Origin: Thalia democratica
Lineage: Eukaryota
Length of the DNA: 64,000 nt
Assembly: GCA_965202585.1 (NCBI GenBank)
Contig: OZ241830.1
Span: 61,628,001-61,692,000 of the forward strand
Direction: 5' to 3'
A program made the position numbers and the translations under genes. The notes beneath the pieces were generated by a model. The model saw nothing but the letters and a program-made list of their open reading frames with translations, made no database searches and was not told where the DNA came from. Each line of letters opens with the position of its first letter. Position 1 is the stretch's first letter. Shown piece by piece: positions 41,641 through 54,675 of this stretch.

Positions 41641-42886
41641 AATATAAATAACAAATATGTGAGTAAAATGATATTCAAAAGTTACTTTTTTTGTTTTAGT
41701 AATACAAGCTAAAAACCAAAATATTGATTTCAAAATAAAATTTACAAAATATATCTTAATTAACTACAAAAACTTTTTTATTCTATTGAAAAATTGACTT
41801 TAATATAGTTTTTTTAGTCTAACTAAGAGACTTTTCAATTGGATATATCATGAGGTGATAGTTTATAATAAATAACATAGATTTTACAAACCATTTATGA
41901 TCACAAATAGCATATATGTCATGTTATGAAATGGTGAGAGGGACTCCATTTGTCTATGACCTATGTAGTTCTTAATTGAGAAACAATACCAATAAAAATA
42001 TGTGATTTACTTTAAAATAGGAGTCCTAAGCAGTTTGATTTTTTTTTCTAAATTTTACGTAAACAAAATAAACTTATTTGTTTAAGTTTTACCTCAAATA
42101 TTTTTGAGCAAGCTTAAATTAGTAAAAAAGCAAGCTAAAAAGTAAAAACTTTATGTCTGCACAAAGTATTAAAATCGCCCCCTTTTCGCCCCCTTACAAG
42201 TTTTCGCCCACCCTTTCGCCCCTTTACTATTTATCGCCCCCCAACTTACCAAAATCGCCCCCAGGGGGGCGATATCGCCCACTTTGGGAAACCATGGACT
42301 ACATAGTATTTTTAAAATGTGATGTAAAGAGATCTGCTTTAGCATATTTTTTAATCAACAAACAAAACACAAAAAGTTAAGCATGTAGATTTGGTCTAAG
42401 TTTTGTTGAGCTAAATAAAAAAACAATAGTTACTAAAACTTACATTGTATAGATAAAAATGTTATTTCAAATTTAATAAAAACACATGAAAACTTTTTTA
42501 AATGTCTTAAGTTTTTTTTTTAATTCTCACGATAACAGTTTCAACTTTTTTTTTAATCAGTGAGTTAAAGACTTAAAGTTTGAAATTAGCAAAAGTACTT
42601 ACTTGAGAAAGAAAATTGTATGACCTGGATTTTTGTCTTAAGTGAAAAGCTTTTGATTTTAGTCACTAGTGTGCTATCACTACTTCAATCACATTAATTT
42701 TACAAATAAGTTTACAATCATTATTATTACCAAAAGGTTCTTTAACTAATACATATTTGTTCACTAACAATAACCAAAGAAAAAATCAACGTATTTTATA
42801 GCTTACGATTAAAAAAAGTTTCACATATCAAAACTACTGTTCGTATTATATTTTTGTTAACTTTCTTCTTGAATTTATTCTTTCAA

Positions 42887-42943
42887 GAAATTATTTTACA
42901 AACTAAGTTTCTGTCAAAGACCTCGTCAGTGCTTAAATAAATC
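42887..42943 (-). ncRNA. Second hammerhead ribozyme copy (inverted), with G10.1-C11.1 pair disrupted
   Basis: Minus strand reads gatttatttaagcaCTGACGAGGTCtttGACAGAAACttaGTTtgtaaaataa. It matches the plus copy except for C>A next to GAAA. Confidence 0.72.
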
Positions 42944-43056
42944 TAAAAAAGATATGCGACATTCATGGAAAATAGCATTTAACCAATTAAATTAAAACCA
43001 AATTTTTACTCAAAATTTTTACTTAAGAAACTAAACAAATCAAATTTTAATATTAA

Positions 43057-43720
43057 GACTGAGTTTAAGGTAAAGTTTTAATTTTAGTTAACTTTTAAAA
43101 TCAATATAACAACAATAATAATAATTATAAAAGCTGAATGTATCTTTCTTTTTTCTTCTAGTTAATTTACAAAGTAAACATTGCTTAAGCAAAAATGTAA
43201 TTAATAAAGTGAGCTTAAAATTGAGTTGAATTTAATGTAGCTTATTTTAATGGTGACGTAACTAATTAAAATTTAAATAATCTTGTGCTTGTAATCGCTA
43301 TTAAAATTTTAAATCCCGCTCAAATGCTTTATATAAAAACTTACAGTTAAAACAAATTTTTACCTAAAAACAAAACAAGTTAAGTTATAACACTGAGATT
43401 GAATTTGTGACAAATTTTAAATTTTAGTTAAGTTTAAAAATCAAAGAACAACACAAATAATAATAAAAATAAATTATGTAGTTTTCTATTTTCATGTAGT
43501 TGATTTTAAAATAAACATTGCTTAAATAAAAATGTAGTTAGTAGTAGTAAGTGAGTTAAGATGCATTTTAATCACGCTAATTTTTATTGTGACTTGAATA
43601 TTGAAAATTTAAGTAATTTTGTGCTTGTAATAGTTACGAAAGTTTGAAATATTGCTTTAATGATTTTTATTAAAAAAAAAATAATAATAGCTACACAAAA
43701 ATTAAAAAGCATGCATAAAA
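43057..43720. repeat. Diverged tandem duplication, two ~335-bp units (~43057-43391 and ~43392-43720)
   Basis: Collinear shared blocks: actgag, ttttagttaa, aaaatcaa, aaacattgcttaa, aaaaatgta, gtgag, ggtgac/tgtgac, tgtgcttgtaat. Confidence 0.75.
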
Positions 43721-43900
43721 CCTGTATTACGGGTAACTTAAGTTTTGAAGTGTAGTTTTCGGAAGTGCGGGCAGGAATAAAAGAGCTCGTACCGTTTGTT
43801 TAGATTGTCCCTTCTGTCTGCTTTAGCGATCGCGACCTTTTCTAATATGCAATACTGCAAATGCTTTGTGCAAATTGCTTCTGTCACATATGTTTTTTTA

Positions 43901-43957
43901 GATTTATTTAAGCACTGACGAGGTCTTTGACCGAAACTTAGTTTGTAAAATAAACTC
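43901..43957 (+). ncRNA. Minimal type I hammerhead ribozyme (Penelope-like-element type), intact core
   Basis: CTGACGA (43915-43921); stem II GGTC-ttt-GACC; GAAA (43933-43936); stem III AC(T)-T-(A)GT; cleavage triplet GUU (predicted cut after 43943). Stem I: 3 bp (GCA/TGT), 2x1 internal loop, then 7 bp TTTATTT/AAATAAA. Confidence 0.8.
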
Positions 43958-46900
43958 TAGAAAGAATAAATTCATTATTTCTCCTCCAGTAGTTGAGATC
44001 TCTCTATTTGTATTCTTAAAACCAAAACATATAATATTAACTTTGTTCTTTTTAAACAGCTCAAAGATATCATAAGTTTTATATTCATTTCATTTATGAA
44101 TTTATGTAGTTAATTTCAAAATTAAAACAGCTTATAAACGATTATAGCACACCAATAATTATATTCCTCTACCTAATAAACGCTGTATTATTTGGCTATA
44201 TTTTTACAACGAAGCCTTACTAGTCTAATGTTTTCTATAACAAACCTTAACAAACTATATTTATCATCCCTTTAACAGAAATTTTAAACTAACTTTAAAT
44301 ATGAATTAACTTAACTAGTCTTTTAAAACGTTAACTTAGTTTCCAAAAAGGTTATTTCAAGGATTTGTTGTTTGATTTGGTTTCCAAAGCATTTTAGTAA
44401 AGAATATTTGTTTACTTTACTTTTTTATTTAAAAATTAAACCACTAAAAAAATTTAGTCCGAAATTCATACACGTTGATAAAACAATGTTAGTGCAACCA
44501 AGTAACTCATGCAATTTTAAATAACAAGCAATTTACCTCGTGAACACTTAGTAAAATTAGCTATAATTTAAGCTAGGTCAAGCATGCTAAAAGTTATGAT
44601 TATTTTCTTTGTTTTAGATCCATTTCCGTATCAAAGTTTATAGAAAATGTACTTTTCTTTGCTCGATTGATTTAAAATTTATTAAAATTTAAGTTAGTAA
44701 TAGAATTAAACAAAGTTGTTCACGCAAAACTTAATATTTTTACATTTGTAGTATGTAAGTACTAACAAAGAAAATATTTACTTTCTTTTTTAAATGAAAT
44801 AATAATGTAGATGATGATTAACGCATTGTTTCTGTAATTATTATTTTATCATATACACTTATACATTAGTTTAATATTTGTAAATTAGGTTATTGAACAG
44901 AGTTTATTAGTTAAATTAACTATCGCAAGTTTTATTTATAACAACTGCATAAAAAATACAGCTTAAAAATGTTTTTTAACAATGTTATTGACTTGTAAAT
45001 TATTATTAATATACTAACACACTACATTTATAAATATATTAAAACTTACTTCAAACAGTTTTTAAAAATAAATACATCAATTATTAGTCGAACTATTTAA
45101 AAATTTTACTAGCTATAACCTATGAATAAAACAATGCATACATTATGAAAGTTTATTGGTCAAGTTTTAAACGTGGTCGACCATAGTAAAGCGTAAATGG
45201 TCAAAAACATATAAATATTCTTAGACTAGAAATTCTCAAGACTTCAATGAAATTTCCACATGAAATTATCAAGTTAGAGTTTGTACTAATGAAATCTGAC
45301 ACTTTCATAGTTTAATTTTTACCTTTAGAATGCATTGTGTCCATCATGTTTGATAAAGCTGATTAAAAAAGATGTTTTAACACCAGATAAGAACCAATAC
45401 AGCTTTACTTTGAAAATGTTTTCAATGTTCATGCGAAATTTTAATGTCATTTAAGCGCATAACAAATTGCTTTAATACACATTTAGGTAATACTAGTTTA
45501 AGTAATTTTTATAAGTATGAAAAGTTTTCCAAAACTTATTAGAAGTAGAAACTAATTTTGATAAAAATTTAAAAGCTGTTTATATTATGAATGTATTACA
45601 AATACTATAAGTAAACCAACATGTGTCCAATATTAAAATAATAACCGATTTTTAACACCTTTGTAAAACGTATTAAAAAAATTAAGAAAGCATGAGTTTT
45701 TATTTCTTGTTTGTTTTTATGGAAGTATCTGAAGCTTAAAAACATGTTTGTTAAAAAGCTATTTACTATTTTTAACATAGTATACTTGGTTTTAGTCCAA
45801 AAAACAAGCAATTATGTGTAAGTATCTAAGTCGTGCAAACTTTTTTGTAAATATAATTTTCATAATATAAAAATTTGTTTAAAATATTTAAAACTTTTTT
45901 ATTCAACTGTGGTTTATAAATCAAGTATTTTAAAAATTTGAAAAAAAAAGTTCACACATGTTTTATAGATTAGTACTTTTCTAATAATAAGTACTTTTAT
46001 GTGTTCTTAAAACTTAGTAATACTGCAGTATTTTAATAAAAAATAATTTATTGACTTGTTCTAAAGTTCACTTATTCTCCATTTTGCTAGTGTGTAAAAA
46101 AGATGATGATTAACTTAGACCTTTATTGAATTTTTTGTTTAAACTGTTTTCTTTCATTTGAAAGTATCTTTGAAATTTCAAAGCTGGTTACACTTAATCT
46201 AATCTGTAAAGTTTTAGAATTTAAAACAGCCGTTTTGAAGCTGGAGCTTTTTGTTCTACTAAATTAGTATTGCGAATTTTTGTTTTGTTAGATTTGAAAC
46301 ATCGTAATTGAATTAAAACTGTACATAAAGTACTTTCAACGAGTCAAAAACAAAAAAAAACCTTTGTATTATTTGAACTTTTTTATAAGGTATACTCAAT
46401 TTTTTTCGTTTTATAAACTAAAATATTAGTCAGAAAACTACAATTAAAGCCTATAAAAACTAGTTTGTATTTAATTAACTAAATTAAATTTTATCACAAT
46501 ATAAAATTTTATTTGTTACAAATAAATTATCATCGTATTTATTATAAATGTATTATCAATGTTTTGTATATACTGTTTTTATCACAAACACAACAACAAC
46601 GACAAAAACAACAACAACAAAATTTATGCAATTGTTTTCTTTTTTTATCAAAAGCTTGTGTTACTCAACATCTGTTTTTAAATTTATATAACGATAAGAT
46701 AAACTTTAAAATACGCAAAATTTTTAGAAATGTGTAAACAGTATGTGAAATAAATTATTTTAATCAGAAAATTTATCTCATTAAAAGATGTTGTTTTTGT
46801 AACTTAATATCATTCAAAAAACTTATTTTTGAAATTAGTATTCAATAAAAAGTTGAACATTAGTTTTCAAGTATAATTTTCAAGTATTTTGGTTCAATAA

Positions 46901-49900
46901 AGCTCAAGTCTCTTAATGATTTTTTTTTGAATAACTCACATGTAATAATAATACTTCAAAATACAAAACGGAGCATAAAACTTTTTCCACAAGCTAATCT
47001 TAAATATAAGTTAAAACTAAAGTACTTAAGTTCAAAAAGTAGTAAAAGAAGTTTTATAAAAAATTTTTTACTCAAACGCACTAACGCTCTACAAACTATT
47101 ATATTGCTGCTTAATATTTTTAAATCCATATAACTTTCTTTAATATAAAGTCTGTAAGCAAAGTAAAGCTTAATTTTATTTTTGTTATAATACAAGTACT
47201 TGTAAACTAATAAAAAATAATAAATTAACAGTTTAAACGCAAAATCTTTTAAAGTTTTAGTGATTAAAAGTAGCTAACTTTGTATTTACTGTAAAATCTA
47301 ATTAGACTTTTGATTTTGTTTTAAAACTTAAACTGATAACGAAAAAACAGAACCAGTAGATTTTTTTTTAGATCATTTTTACGTTACTAATTAAGATACA
47401 ACACATAACACATAATGCTTGTGGTGGCATATTGAGTTTTTTTTATAAATGGTTGTAAAAATGACAGCAAGATATTTTGAATAAACATTTTAAATCTTAT
47501 GTAGAGTTTAAATTTTTTCAGTTTTGGCTACAAATTTTGGATTCAGCTTTTAAAAACTCCTTATAGTACTTTAAAAACTTCACTAGGCTAGGGCTGTTTT
47601 TAGATAGTTGTTACGGAGCTAATTATTATTAAAAAATTATTATTTAAAATAATTATTTATTATGTAAATACTATTCAAAAAACCTAAGCAAATACAAAAT
47701 AACTAACAAAAAATGTTTTTTTAGTTTTAAATCATTCATTCACATAACATTTTTCAACAATTATAAATGCCTTAATTATAAATATTTATTAAGAAACTTA
47801 ACCACTAACAAGCTGTTTTAAAAAATGTAAAATTTATCACATGTATGTTTATTACATTTTCGCAGTTGTAACAGTTAGTCAATGACTAACTCCAATTTAG
47901 GACACCGGATGCACCCTAATAGTAACAGCATTTAAAAATCATCTTAACTGAAATTTTAGAAAGTATGTTAAGTAAATTGACAACTTTTTTTAGTTATCGT
48001 AACTTTTTTAAGTTTGCTTTTTTTATTTATTAAAAAAAGTTAAATTGTTGAAATATTGTCATATTAAAAATAACAGGCTTATAAACAATATATATTTTTT
48101 TTAAACTGTGGTTTAGAAACTTTGTTGGTAGTGTCTATTATTGATAATATTGTGTTTATCCATTTTCAATCAGAATTGTTTCTGTACAAAAGTACTTTTA
48201 TTAAACTTTTCTTTAACTTTTTTCAAATGACTTTTTTTTTAAATTTTCTGTTCTTGTAAACTACATATAGAGAGCTTTTTTTTTGTTATAGTTTAATTGT
48301 AGTTAAAGTTTAAAATTTAAGGTGTTTTGCTTATTTATGGTTTTAATAGAAAATAGAAAACCAATACGAACCGTTTTGCATGTTTATTACATTTTATCTC
48401 GTTTAAAAGTACTTTAAACATTAGAAAGTATTTTTTTTAACAAAATATAGGCATTAATATGATCATGGGGGGTTTTGGTGGTGCTTTAGGTTTAGTAATA
48501 TACATTTATAAGTCATATTTTTTTTATTTATACAAAAAAAAACTTTGTTCAGTGCTAGTTTAAATACTTTATTTAACTTGCTTAAATTCCTTTTTACCAA
48601 ATCATCGTAAACATTTTTACAAATATATGTTTTTATAATGATTTATAATCAATATATGAGATATTTAATTAAGATAATTATTCCAAGGTCGTTTTATATA
48701 TGAGTAATGTACATCTCATCAATTTTGCACTATGTGTTAATAACTGCTACAAGATTTTATAAACTAAAATTTGAAATAATTCGTTAAGAAAATCTATAAA
48801 AAATGTATTTATTGGCATCTTACAACAAACATAGTTTTTACAACTTTTCGTGTAGCTTAAGCCACGCAGGTTGCACAGATCATATTCAAAAACTTAAACC
48901 ACCACTAATTCAAGTTAATGAGATCAATGATTTACAAAAAAAGTTAAACAAAAATAAAGTCAAGTTTTTGTTAACAACACATAGTATGAAATCAGTCGTT
49001 GTTTTTAAATATTAGTTGTTTAACTTTTTTTTTAAACAATCAGAACTTTTTTAATTTAAGTAGTTTTCCCATATCATGTAGTACATAGTGTATATTTGGC
49101 CTTCAACCATCGATAGATTACCACTAATTAGCGCATTGATTCTACGGCTTTGAAAAAATTCCACGCCATTGTTCATGTTTCCATTTAATAAGTGTTGGAC
49201 ATTCGAGATTAAACAGTTGACCTAATACATTTACCACAACAGATTAAATGCTTCAATTAAAACAACTTGTTTAGCAATGAAGTTAAGACTTTAAAGTTCT
49301 TAAAACAATACACTGTTATCTACAAAGTGATACTAATTTCTGAAACTTAAAGTGGGTAACAAACATGCATAAATTAAACTTACAAACTGTTTGAAGTATA
49401 AAATTACGTCAGTAAGTTAAATAAAATACAACAGTAACTTTATAAAATGCAATGGATATTATTAAGTTTATAGAGAACTTTGTTATTTTGTAACTAATTC
49501 TATTTTAAAAGCTTTATTTCCACTATGTTTAAACTACTACAAAATATAGATAAAACTTCCTACATTTTTTTTTTCTTATTACTCTACAAAACTTATAATT
49601 TCTAAACTCTTGCTTTTGATCAAAACAAGAAAGTCAGAGATATAAAATATTTAATAGAATTTTTAGGTTAATTACTGTTTTAAAGCACTGATGTATATTT
49701 TTTATTAACATTGTTGTCCGGTTTAAAAATTTAAGAAGAAACTTAAAGTGTGACTCTAAATGTTTTATTATCGTATTTTTATTAAACCTTTAAAAACTTG
49801 TGATGTCAGTCATTAAATTTATTTTGTAACTTTATCTATAGAACCATAAAATTATATTTACTCTTTATAGTTAAATAAAAACTGTTTATTGGTTAGTATT

Positions 49901-51493
49901 ATCTTGTTAACACTTTAATTGTTTGTTGTTGCGTTTATTATGCGACGAACCATATGTAGTTATATATTATGTACACAAAAGTTGTTACACATCGTAAACG
50001 AATCTTTCTTAAAATAAACTTTTACACGCTAAATTAAATAATTTAAATATATTCACGGATAGTAAACTTTTATAGCTTAACACGAAAAAATTTTGTATTT
50101 TTTATTTTAAGGATGTTGTACTGACTAAAACTGATCTACAACTATTTTTAGACTCAAAGTAAGAAATATAAACATTAATGAAAAAGCTTACTATTTAAAA
50201 GGTAAATAATGAAATAATTTCTTTATTAAAACATAATTTAAAACGACGAAACCAAAGATAAATGTTTTTTTGTACAAAGCTTGTTAATTTTTTTAACTTA
50301 AATTCATTGCGTAGTGTTTTTTTTTGATAAATTAAAATTAAAAAAATTTTTAATTACCATTGGTTGTTTTACATATTTTAAATAGAACTTATAAACCATC
50401 TAAAATAAAAATATTTCTGCTTACAATTTCAAAGCTATATTTAATACTTTATAAAAATTCTCTTTTATATTTATAATTAGAATATTAAATCTCATTTTAC
50501 GTTATAAAAACTATTAGAAATAGCTAAAAAGCTTTTTATTGGTTTTTCTTAGCTAAGGTTTAAATATCTTGTGCTTCTTCTGTGCAATATGTCGTAAAAA
50601 CTTTAATAAGTTTTGAGCTAATATTTATTTATCAAAACTAAAATTAAACCAACTTAGTCTTTATTAACTGTTATGCAATATAAAACATATTTTAAGCACA
50701 GTAATTTATAGCAGTCGTATGTAAATTTTTTTTCAAATGAAGCATTTAAAATTTAAAAGATTTACAAGTTCTTCAAAAAGTTTTTTTTAATTGAAAGCTG
50801 TATAAACTAATAGAAAGTTAGTTGAAAATTGTGAAAAATTATGTTTAAAATCACATATATTAGTACAAACTGTTTGATTATGAATTATAATTAATATAAT
50901 TAAGTATATAAAAAAGTGTAAAACACTGATTTTATATAATTGTAAAATCAAAAATGTGCATAGGAATTAATTTAAAGAACAAAGAAAACTCGCTAAAAAT
51001 GAAAATATGTCAAAACAAAAATAAAATAAACCTTATTTCTTATTATTATGTTATTTTATATGTTATTTTGCACACTAAATTTATAACATTTAGTAATAAA
51101 ACATCTATAAAGAAACTTAGGCATAAAAAACATGTAAAAAAATAAAACCTAAAATGTAAAGAAATAACATTTTAGTTAACTACTGAGCATTGTACTGAAT
51201 GAAAAACATTTGGATTTATGTAGTTTATTTATTGTTAGGTGTTATATAACTAACTTATCGAATCCAAGCACTCTTTACACTGTTTTTAAAGATAATTAAT
51301 TGCTGTTCTGAGAAAACAGTTATTATGAAACAGAGAGAAAAATTCTTGTGGAATGCTAATCTGTCTTTTTAACATTTTAAAGTTAAAGCCGTAAAATGTT
51401 TTAATTGTTTTAAAACATTAGAAAGGGACTTATAACGAAATTAATCAAATAAGACCAAACTACCGAAAAATTTAACTTAAATATAATTTTGCT

Positions 51494-51619
51494 CAGCAGG
51501 TCACATTTACATGCTCGCGGGCCGCAAAGTTTTCTTTCGCGGGCCGCAAAGTTTTCTTTCGCGGGCCGCATTCCATTCAAAAAAAAACGTGCTCGCGGGC
51601 CGCAGTTTGCCGACCTCTG
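51494..51619. mobile_element. hAT-type MITE fragment with 22-bp tandem repeats
   Basis: Right end GCGGGCCGCAGTTTGCCGACCTCTG is the reverse complement of CAGAGGTCGGCAAACTGCGGCCCGC, a common hAT-MITE terminus. Unit CGCGGGCCGCAAAGTTTTCTTT starts at 51516, 51538 and 51560 (partial). No TSD found. Confidence 0.65.
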
Positions 51620-54192
51620 AATTAACCTTTTGATATCAAGTGAAACTTAGCTTATATATATTTTTTAATCTACATCAAAAATTACGTAGTTTTATAAGTT
51701 CTTTTTTGTAGAAAAATTGTATATACATGAAACTTTTTAATTACAATCGGAGCACTTTTGAAAAAGGAAACTTTTTATCAAAAATTAGCTGATCAAAAGT
51801 GTTTAAGAAAACTATTATTGAATGATTCTACACCTCAAAAGGTATCATATTTAATTAGAAAAACCATTGACCAACTCGCATATTCCTTTTATTTTTTCAA
51901 CATAAGAAAAAAGGTAGTTGCATATTTTTTTCATTAAGTTGTAAATTAATTGTTTACGTTTGCTACTAGATAACTTTACAAATTCAATTAGTTTTTAAGT
52001 TTAAGCTAAATTGTTACAACTGGAACTGCTTGAATAGGTAATTTATTTACCTATCATGATTTTTTCTTTTATTAAGACAAGTAAATTACTAACTTTGATT
52101 AATAATTTTTTATGTATAAAAGCTTTCGTTATACATGTTAGCTTCACAATGTAAGACAAAGTTTTCACATTGTCAATAATAACAGGTCTTATCTTTATAT
52201 TTAGATTGTTTTAATAAAAATTAAAGAGCTGGATTACTTTTCAAAGTTTTGCATTCTGTTTTAAGGATAATTTCAAACTGTTTAAAATTTAAACATTATA
52301 TATATATCTAAAAAATTTTGAATGTTTGTGTAACTTTCTAAAGTGTAACATTAATGCTCCTATAGAAAATACTCTATTATTAAACAAAAAGTTCTAGACA
52401 CGCCTATGTTATAAACAGTAAGAAAAGAAAAAATCTCAATTTTTCTTTAAGTATTTTTTATTTAATCTTCTGCTGGTTTGAGTATTTCTTATAAATAAAA
52501 CAACTAAATGAAAAAACTTGTACCGAACTACTTTTTTAACTTGCATATAAAAGTATATAAGATATCTATGTAATACAAAATACCTAGTGTAGAAAGTCAC
52601 TAATTTTTATATATTTACAAAATGTTTGTTACTTTACACGTACAAACTTTAATGTTTTTATATTGTGCAAACATTAAAGCTTTTGTATTTTATGAATGAT
52701 GCTACTAATAGTATTGCATTTAAACTATGAAGTATTTGTGTGAATATTTTACAATCTGCATTATAAAACTTTAAAAGTAAAAATATGATTGGCTAGTAAT
52801 TAAATTTGTTCCAAATCTAATAACAGGGAATATGCAGCAGAGGCTTATAAATAAACATTCTAGTGTTCAAAAAAGTAATGTTGCAAACACGTTAAGTAGC
52901 TTAAATCCAAATTCAATTAAAAAGATTTAAATGTCTTAGATGCTTTTACTCATAGCAAATATTATTGAATGATAACAACTATGATAGATTTTTTTCTGTT
53001 TAAAGATCTCAAGTACTCTGATTACAGCTAAAAATCGACGTCTTAATAATACAATTAACTATCAATAGAATTATTATCTTTCCTCAGTGTTTTTAGATTT
53101 TGTGTCATATAGAAATTTTTTGTTTTACTAAGTTTTTTTTATAATACAGAAAATGTATGGAAGTGTTATAAAACAAATAAATTCACAAGTCAATAAGAAA
53201 CTATTACTAGCAATTAAATGCTTATGATTATATTTATATAAATTACTAATTGAAAATTAAACCTATTTCTAGTTGGTTTGGTAAAACATACCTTTCTTAG
53301 TATGATTTTTTTATTTAGTTATGTAAAAGCTTATATGCACAAACTTTAAATAACTTATGTAAAAACAAAGTAATAAAAACTAAAATGTTTTTAATCCAAA
53401 CTACACTTTTTTGTCCTCAAGTCGCTAAATAATACGAACACTTTTAATTTATGTAAAAAAGTGTCATATAAAATGTATTTGCTTTTAAAAAGATTATCCT
53501 AATCTAAAAGCAAGGATTTTTTAAAACAAATGATATTAAACTAGCTGAAAATGAAAAATTCTACTTTTTTATATCTAAGTGTCTTATGAACCAGGATTTT
53601 TCTTTAAAATATAGAAACAACACATTTCTCAATAAATGTTTGTTTAAAAATTTGCGACAATATGTCTTTATAACTTAATTAATTTCTGTATTAAAAAAAA
53701 TCAAAAAACTTTATAGTTTTTATAGCAATTAATTTTATAAAAGTATAATAATGATAAAATATATTTATATAACAGTCTTAAAAATTTTAACTGTTTTCAT
53801 TGGTTTTACTATAAAATAAAAGTAAGTAATAAGGTTTAATAAAAAAATTTATTAAATGTAAACTATAACATAACAGTTTTTTTTTAATAAATATATTTGA
53901 AATTACTTGTTATATGTTTTTGAAATAAATTTTATAAAATGCAAAATTTTTATTTACTTTATTCTAAAATAGAATTAAGTTTTTTTGACAATTAATTATT
54001 AAGCTGACTTTAAATAACACTTTTTGAAAACTTTTATAAGTTTTTTGGGTTCAAAGGCATTTTAGCATAATATTAAAACATGCTTTTTCTGACTAAATAG
54101 TAATATTCTTTTTAATTATTTACTTATAACTTCTATTATGTAATTAATTAAAAGTATAAACTAAAACAGTTGCACTTAAAGATATCACATAT

Positions 54193-54675
54193 GGGTCGCT
54201 GTCTAAATTTCACGAGCATACAAAATTGCGCGAGGGCACAAAATTGTCGAAAATACTTTTGCACGAAGGGTCACTTTTTCACGAGGAGACAGTTTTGCAC
54301 GGAGACAAATTTGCACGGGTTAAACTTTTATTTTTATTATTATTCTTTTTAATTATTTAGTCTTTTTTACTTTTACTATCACTGTTACCCCTAACTCTTA
54401 CCCTCGGTCGGTAAGTTTTTTTTTAAGTTTTATACTTTTTTTTTTTTTCTAACACTGTTACCCCTAACCCTTACCCTCAGGTCAGTAACTGTTTTTTACT
54501 TTTTTTTTTAAATAGCTTTTATTTTTCTTTTCTGTTTTACCTTTTATTCTGGTGCAAAAATATAACTCGTGCCAAATTAACCCTTGGTGCAATTTAGTGC
54601 ACTTGTGCAATTTTGTGATCGCGCAATTTAGTCCCCTCGTGCAATTTTGTCTTCGTGCAATTTAGACCTGTTCCC
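54193..54675. mobile_element. MULE/Mutator-like MITE with 9-bp TSD
   Basis: Perfect 9-bp TSD ATCACATAT at 54184-54192 and 54676-54684. GGG...CCC termini; long imperfect TIRs built of TTGCACGA repeats. Internal duplicated module CTGTTACCCCTAAC-CTTACCCTC-GGTC-GTAA. Confidence 0.88.

Larger units (their letters stand above)
38641..42296 (-). mobile_element. hAT (Charlie/SPIN-like) DNA transposon, internally deleted and non-autonomous
   Basis: TIRs CAGTGTTTCCCAAA (38641) and reverse complement CATGGTTTCCCAAA (ends 42296). Perfect 8-bp TSD GACTACAT at 38633-38640 and 42297-42304. Subterminal TCGCCCC motifs at both ends; decayed transposase inside. Confidence 0.93.
42871..43973. mobile_element. 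Putative Penelope-like-element remnant bounded by inverted ~92-bp hammerhead-containing repeats
   Basis: 42871-42960 is the reverse complement of ~43882-43973 (about 90% identical by eye); both copies end at GAAAGAATAAATTC. No TSD and no RT or GIY-YIG ORF seen. Confidence 0.55.

Noticed and set aside
54380-54480. Telomere-like CCCTAACCC motifs (also at ~14005)
   Set aside because: Only 1-2 units and internal to MITEs; not an interstitial telomere array.
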